Positions 58,630 through 64,000 of a stretch of DNA of 64,000 bases are shown one piece after another. Made by a program: the position numbers and the translations under genes. The stretch is from an uncultured Armatimonadia bacterium (lineage in GTDB: Bacteria > Armatimonadota > Zipacnadia > CAVVLO01). Under the pieces are notes generated by a model. That model saw nothing but the letters and a program-made list of their open reading frames with translations, was not told the origin of the DNA and did no database searches. Each line of letters begins with the position of its first letter. Position 1 is the stretch's first letter. Location of the stretch: positions 768,001 to 832,000 of the forward strand of contig CAVVLO010000002.1 in assembly GCA_963749155.1 (NCBI GenBank). Direction: 5' to 3'.

Positions 58630-61159
58630 ATGCCAGAATCACTCAATCTCGCGCCCGCACAATGGATTTGGTGGCCCTCTCAGAGGACGCTGCCCAACAC
58701 TTTCGTGCTCTTCCGCAAGCAGCTCGAGGTGCGCGAGGGCCTGCGCCGCGCCACCGGCTGGCTCGCTGCCGACAGTCGGTATCGTCTGTTCGTAAACGGT
58801 CAGCGCATCCAGTGGGGGCCTGCCATCTCGGACCCGCGCTTCGCCGAAGCCGACCCACTCGACCTGACAGAGATGCTTTGCTCGGGCGCCAACACGCTCG
58901 GAGTCGAAGTGCTCTACTACGGCCACGGAGATGGCACCTGGCCTGGTGGCAAGCCAGGCTTGCTGGTTCGGCTCGAACTGGAATACTCCGACGGCACCAC
59001 CGAACTGGTGGCGACCGACGAGAGCTGGCTCGCACGCGTGGACAGGGCCCATCCACCCGCACAGCCCAAGCGCTGGTATCTGCGCGCCCTGCAGGAGGAG
59101 TTCGATGCCCGGCTGCATCCTGCTGGCTGGACTCTGCCCAACTACCAGCCTGATGCTGAGTGGCTCCCCGCGATGCCGCTGACCCTCGCGCCCGACAAGC
59201 CGCCCCTCGCGAGTGGTTATTGGGACTATCTGCGCGACTGGTCCATACCCCCCGAAGCCTGCCAGTTGCTTGCAAGGCAGGTGCCGCTGCTGCAAGAGGA
59301 CGCTTTTATCCTCGCCACGCTTCGCCAGCAGGGCAGATTAAGGTGGCTCCGCTCGCCCGACGACTGGTTCGACTTCCGCACGCCAGACAGCTTCACCCTA
59401 AGCTGTGAACAAGTCGTTACAGAAATCGAACCAGGCTGCTATGAGTTGCCTGCCCAGCCTGCGGACGAGGGGGTTGTGCTGGTCTTCGAGTTGTCCGTCC
59501 AAAGTGTCGGCTGGCCAGTCTTCGAGCTGGAAGCGCCCGCCGGCGCCATCTGCGAGCTGATGACTCAGGAGTCGCATGATCCTGAAGGCTCCCCCTGGCT
59601 GGACACGCACTTCTTCGCCTGGTCGCGGTTCCTCTGTGCAGAAGGCGTGAACCGCTTCGAAGCCTTCGAGTTCGAGTCGTTTAAGTGGCTTGCGCTGCAT
59701 ATCCATGGAGCGACCGGACCGGTGAAGCTCCGCGAGGTCGGGCTTCGACTGAGGCGTTTCCCGTGGCCGAATGAACCGAAGGTCGAAGTGAGCGAGCCGC
59801 CCCTGCAAAGCCTGTTTGAGGCAAACGTAAACACTTTGCACAATTGTTGTTTCGATCTGATAACCGACGGCGTTGGACGCGAGCGCCAACCCTACAGCGG
59901 AGACGCCGCTCACAGTCTGGAAGCCTTGCGCTACACTTTTGGCGAGACCTCCCTGCCCGCGCGGTTCCTCTTCCACTACAGCAAGGGACTGACCCCGCAT
60001 GGCTATCTGCTGGATTGCTGGCCTGCGTATGATCGGCTGGAGCGCATCTCGGCCAAGCAGATCGGCGCCGCCTTCTGGGGGCCTATCCTCGACCACACGG
60101 TGCAGTTTGGCTTCGACTGCTGGCAACATTGGCAGTATTCGGGCGACCTGGAAGCTGTCGCGCATGGCTATCCTGCTCTGGTGGCGTTCCTTGGCTATCT
60201 GGAAACCTCAGTGGGGTCGGACGGCCTGCTGCCTGTGGAAAACCTGGGCGAGCCCTATGTCTACCTCGACCATCAGGCTTACCGGTTGCAGCGCCATAAG
60301 CAGTGTCCGTACAACCTCTACGCCGCAGCGATGCTCAAGCGGGCGTTGGCGCCTCTTGCGACCGCTCTCGGTGAGGTGGAAGTGGCAGACCGCGCAACCC
60401 GCCTCGGGCAAAGCTTGGAAGCTACAACCGTGGCGCGTTTCTGGGATCCAGAAACTGCCCTCTTCGTGCTCAATCTGCCGTGGCTGGCAGAGGAGGAAGG
60501 GCCTCGTCTCTGTGACAGGTCACTGGCCAACGCGCTGCTCTTCGACCAGTGCCCCGACGGCGAGGTGGAGCTTGCCTTAACGCGCTGGCGACCCGCCCGC
60601 CGGAGCTTGGCCGGTGTTATCCACCCAATGAGGTCTGGCCGCTGCTCGCGCAAGCCAGGCACCGGCAGCTGTCCCCCGTGCTGGAGGCCCTGCGCGGTCG
60701 GTGGGCAGAGATGGATTCGGTCGCGATGAACGGCACACTGCAGGAGTATCTGGCAGGTCCGTCCTGACTCACCCGATGAGTGGAGCCACTGCCCAATGGC
60801 GCCCTTGCTGTCACTTTTTTCTGGCATACTGGGCCTCGCGCCGACTGTCGCCTGGCTTCGAACAACTGCGCCTTAGGCCCCAGTTCGGCACTCTGGCGAG
60901 CCTCGATGTAACGGCCTACACCGCCAAGGGACCAGTGCGCATGCAGGTAGAACCATCCACCGGTGGTCATCTTGTGAAACTAAGCCTGCCAGCAGACTGT
61001 GAAGCCATATTGGAGTTGCCGGCCGACTTCTCGCCTCTCGACCTGCCGCTTGCTGGTGGCCAGAGCGATGCGCCTTATCCTGTCAGGCGCTATCTGCTGC
61101 CCCAGGAATTTGAATACTTCCAGCCTGCCGATCCCCCTCAAGGAGGACTGCATCAGTGA
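58630..61159 (+). CDS. GH78 alpha-L-rhamnosidase (frameshifts near 60580 and 60760)
   Basis: 'AQWIW', 'FRKQL', 'ADSRYRLFVNG', 'DGVGRERQ.YSGD', 'GTLQEY', 'SHCPMAP', 'PGFEQLRLRPQ'. Confidence 0.85.
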
Positions 61160-62201
61160 GTGCTCTCGAACTGAACCCAGCGACCCTCGAGCGCCTCAAG
61201 GCGCCTGAGGTAATCTCAGCTTTTGAATTCCATTCCCAAAGACTGGCAGCCCTTTTCGCGCGGCGAGCGGCTGGAGCATGTCTTCGCCCTGGCAGGGGTG
61301 AACGCTTACAGCTACGATGCGTTCACCCCTTGGCAAGCAGTGGCTTCCGCTCGCGCTGGACTGGCTTGCCACCCACGCTGCGCTGGCCGAAGACCGCATC
61401 ACCTTCCACCCGCTGATTATTAACTGGGACCCGCGGGGGGTCCACTTCATCGACTCTCTCTTCGGCGCTGACGTGTTCCAGCTTGAAGACACGACCTGGC
61501 AAGCGCACTATCTCGAGCAGCCGATCGGCCAGTTGGAGCCGCCCGATCTGGAAGCCAACGAGACCTGGCGCCAGTGCCGAGAGTTTGCCCTCGCCTTCGC
61601 AGAACTCGATCTGCCTGCTGTCACTTTCGCTTTGCCGACACTTTCAAGTGCCCTTAATATCGGCGTGAACTTGTACGGCCAGCGACTGCTGGAAACCTTG
61701 CTGATGGAGCCTGAGGCTGCCCATCACGACCTTCAAGTCATCAATGCGACTATCCGCAAGCTGCATGCCTGGTACCGCGCCAACCTGCCCGCTGAGCGGA
61801 TGCAGTGCATCGTGCCTTGTGGACGGTTTCAGCCGCCAGGCTACGGCCAGCTTTGCGGTTGCACCTGCCAGCTGGTCTCTGCAGGGCAGTATGCCGAGTT
61901 CCTCGCGCCGCTAGATGGCGCGTTGCTTGGCGACTATCCCGGCGGCGGGATGATCCACCTGTGCGGCGTCCACACCCAGCATGTAGCTCTTTGGCGCGAG
62001 ATGACTTCGCTAAGGGCAGTCCAGACAAACGACCGTGCCAGTGAAGACCTGGAAGCCTATCACCAGGGCCTGCGCGAAGACCAGATTATCTATCCTCATC
62101 CCTGTGAGGAGATGCCTGTTGAGCGCATCCTGGAGCTGACCGGCGGTCGTCGGATTGTCCTGTGCGCGCACCTTACAGAATTGATGCCAGTGCGTTATTA
62201 A
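61156..62201 (+). CDS. URO-D/methyltransferase-like family protein (frameshift near the N-terminus)
   Basis: 'GVHFIDSLFGA', 'LSSALNI..NLYG', 'QLCGCTCQLVS..QY.EF..PLD', 'MIHLCG.HTQH', 'NDRASEDL'. Confidence 0.6.
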
Positions 62202-62472
62202 ACAAGCTCTCTACCAGACTTCTGGCCTTTTCGAGATCTGCTTCCTCAGTCACAAGGGTGAGCTCGAGTGAATCCTCAACCCCTTTAAGCAAGGAGCCAT
62301 CAGCCAGGTTGAGCCTGAAGAACGGCTTGGGAAAATCTTTAAACCGACTGAGCTTTCCGTATTTGCCAAGTACAACCAACTGTTCGGAGGTCAGTGGAGC
62401 CGACAAGGTAACCTGCCAGGTCCGGGAATCATCAAAGCAGTCTTCAAGCGCGCTGACTTCAAGCACCGCCAC
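62173..62472 (-). CDS. small hypothetical protein co-transcribed with the desulfurase-like gene
   Basis: 99-aa ORF starting 3 nt after the upstream stop; 'LEDCFD', 'FPKPFFRL'. Confidence 0.6.
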   Translation of the reverse strand: MAVLEVSALEDCFDDSRTWQVTLSAPLTSEQLVVLGKYGKLSRFKDFPKPFFRLNLADGSLLKGVEDSLELTLVTEEADLEKARSLVESLFNNALASIL

Positions 62473-62475
62473 AAC

Positions 62476-63624
62476 CTATGTCACCTTTCCCCGGACGAGG
62501 GCCCGTATAGCCCGCACTAGTGCCTGTACGTCCTGCTCGGTGTTTTGCCATCCAAAGCTGGCCCGTAACGTCCCCCTGGGCGCGCCGATGTACTTGTGGA
62601 TAAGCGGCGCGCAATGAAGCCCCCCGCGGACGTGGATCCCAAAAATTTCGCGCAGCATATCTGCCAGCTCTGTGGAGTCCCATCCCTGAGCAGTGAAAGC
62701 CACAACTCCTGCCTGTAAACCTGACTTTGGATACCCATAAAGGGTAACTTTCTTGATGCGCTCAAGCTTCTCTCTGAGCATTGCTGTGAGCCTGGCTCTC
62801 TGCTGGCCAAGGTCAGCCACGCCCTGCTCGAGGACGAACTCTACCCCCGCCCGCAGTCCAGCAAAGCCTGGCGCATTCGGGGTGCCTGCCTCGTATCTGT
62901 GTGGCATAAGCAGGGGCTGGATTTGGGAGGTGCTAACTACCCCAGTACCGCCATAAAGCAGTGGCGCCAGCTCTTCAAAGGTGACTCCAGTGCCCAGGTA
63001 TAAAGCCCCTGTGCCCTCTGGGCCATACAAGCCTTTGTGTCCTGCAAACCCAATCAGTGTTCTTTCAGGCAGTTTTTCGGTATGCAGTAGCAGTGTTCCA
63101 GCCGCCTGCGCCGCATCGATGACAAGAAAGAGCTCTCGCTGCAGGCAGAGCTCTGTCAGTTCTTCCAGCGGAGGGGCAATGCCAAGCACATTGGAAGCCG
63201 CCGTCGTTACCAGTGCGCGCGTCTTCGGTCTTACAGCCTTTTTCCAGGCAGCCGGATCGAGCGCACTTTCTAGCCCAAGCACTGTCAGTCCCATGCCACG
63301 GCGCTTCAGTTCCCAAAGGGGGCGCAGCACCGAGTTGTGCTCCAGGCATGAGGTGACGCAATGCCACCTGCCAGGCTCCTCTCCAAGCAATCCCATCAGC
63401 GCCAGGTTAAGGCTGAAAGTCGCACCCGGAGTCAGCAATACGCGCCGATAGTCTGCCTCTCCGAGCAGTCTCGCCACTGCCTTACGGCACCCAAGCAGTT
63501 CGTCTTCGCCCTCGCCAAGCCCTCGGCCGGCATCTCTTGGAGGCCGCGCTAGCTGCTGCGCGACCGCCTCCAGGACGGCGGGGGGCTTGGGGAAGGTGGT
63601 CGCCGCGTTATTGAGGTAGACCAC
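62476..63624 (-). CDS. class V PLP enzyme, cysteine desulfurase/selenocysteine lyase-like
   Basis: 'YLNNAATTFPKP', 'EHNSVLRP', 'DAAQAAG', PLP Lys 'GHKGLYGP', 'EAGTPN', catalytic Cys 'RGGLHCAP'. Confidence 0.9.
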   Translation of the reverse strand: MVYLNNAATTFPKPPAVLEAVAQQLARPPRDAGRGLGEGEDELLGCRKAVARLLGEADYRRVLLTPGATFSLNLALMGLLGEEPGRWHCVTSCLEHNSVLRPLWELKRRGMGLTVLGLESALDPAAWKKAVRPKTRALVTTAASNVLGIAPPLEELTELCLQRELFLVIDAAQAAGTLLLHTEKLPERTLIGFAGHKGLYGPEGTGALYLGTGVTFEELAPLLYGGTGVVSTSQIQPLLMPHRYEAGTPNAPGFAGLRAGVEFVLEQGVADLGQQRARLTAMLREKLERIKKVTLYGYPKSGLQAGVVAFTAQGWDSTELADMLREIFGIHVRGGLHCAPLIHKYIGAPRGTLRASFGWQNTEQDVQALVRAIRALVRGKVT

Positions 63625-63647
63625 CTTCTCCCGCCTCCCTGGCTTCC

Positions 63648-64000
63648 TCAGGCTTTGGTAACTACGAACTCGCCGTAGTCATCTCCGCGCTCGATACCCT
63701 TGACCTGCTGGCAAGTAAAAGTACCCTCTCCAGCTGGATAAACGGCGCCGTAGGCGAGATCCATAAAAGCCGAGCTGATGCCGCATAGCATCGGCGCAAG
63801 CAGGCCATCACTCTTGCCGTACTGGACGAAGTCAGACTCATAATAATCGTAGGCCCTGATTACCATCTTCTCGCCAGGATCCAGTTCGACGATCTCGGCT
63901 TTGGCCCAGCCAAAACCTGCCAGCACAGCGAAGGCTGCGTGCAGCACTTCCTCTGGACTGCCATCAAGCGTTGGCGCGACAATGGCGTCCCATTCGGGCG
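63648..64000 (-). CDS. V4R/H-NOX-like small-ligand-binding domain protein (5' end outside window)
   Basis: 'GFGWAKAEI', 'YDYYE', 'GISSAFMDL', 'GDDYGEFVV'. Confidence 0.65.
   Translation of the reverse strand, partial: PEWDAIVAPTLDGSPEEVLHAAFAVLAGFGWAKAEIVELDPGEKMVIRAYDYYESDFVQYGKSDGLLAPMLCGISSAFMDLAYGAVYPAGEGTFTCQQVKGIERGDDYGEFVVTKA

Overview
GC-rich bacterial chromosomal window, probably from an anaerobic polysaccharide-degrading lineage (many large secreted GH-like proteins; taxonomy cannot be fixed from the sequence alone). Many ORFs are split by single-base indels, including the essential gene aspS, so most splits look like long-read consensus errors rather than pseudogenes. Left half: tRNA-Ala(CGC), carbohydrate-active and related enzymes (GH95-like, GH29, GH172/DUF2961, beta-propeller hydrolases, sulfatase, phosphodiesterase), an orphan glycyl-radical enzyme and a small AT-richer islet encoding a wHTH-PD-(D/E)XK nuclease. 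Middle: arsC, a K+-independent membrane pyrophosphatase whose leader has the architecture of a Na+ (DUF1646-type) riboswitch ON-switch, and two small paralogous exported proteins (one Met/Gly/Pro-rich). A 16-kb minus-strand block encodes a group 4 (Hyc-like) membrane [NiFe]-hydrogenase plus hypABFCDE. Its electron-input module is unusual: an FdhF-like protein lacking the Mo-ligand Cys/Sec and the catalytic His/Arg, plus AsrA/AsrB(HydB/HydG)-like Fe-S and FAD/NAD(P) subunits. This suggests an ion-coupled NAD(P)H:H+ oxidoreductase rather than a formate hydrogenlyase. Right end: a degenerate ADP-ribosylglycohydrolase, hisS-aspS, tRNA-Ala(TGC), GH78 rhamnosidase, a URO-D-like protein and the end of a V4R / cysteine-desulfurase-like operon. 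No CRISPR array, rRNA, integrase or transposase was seen.
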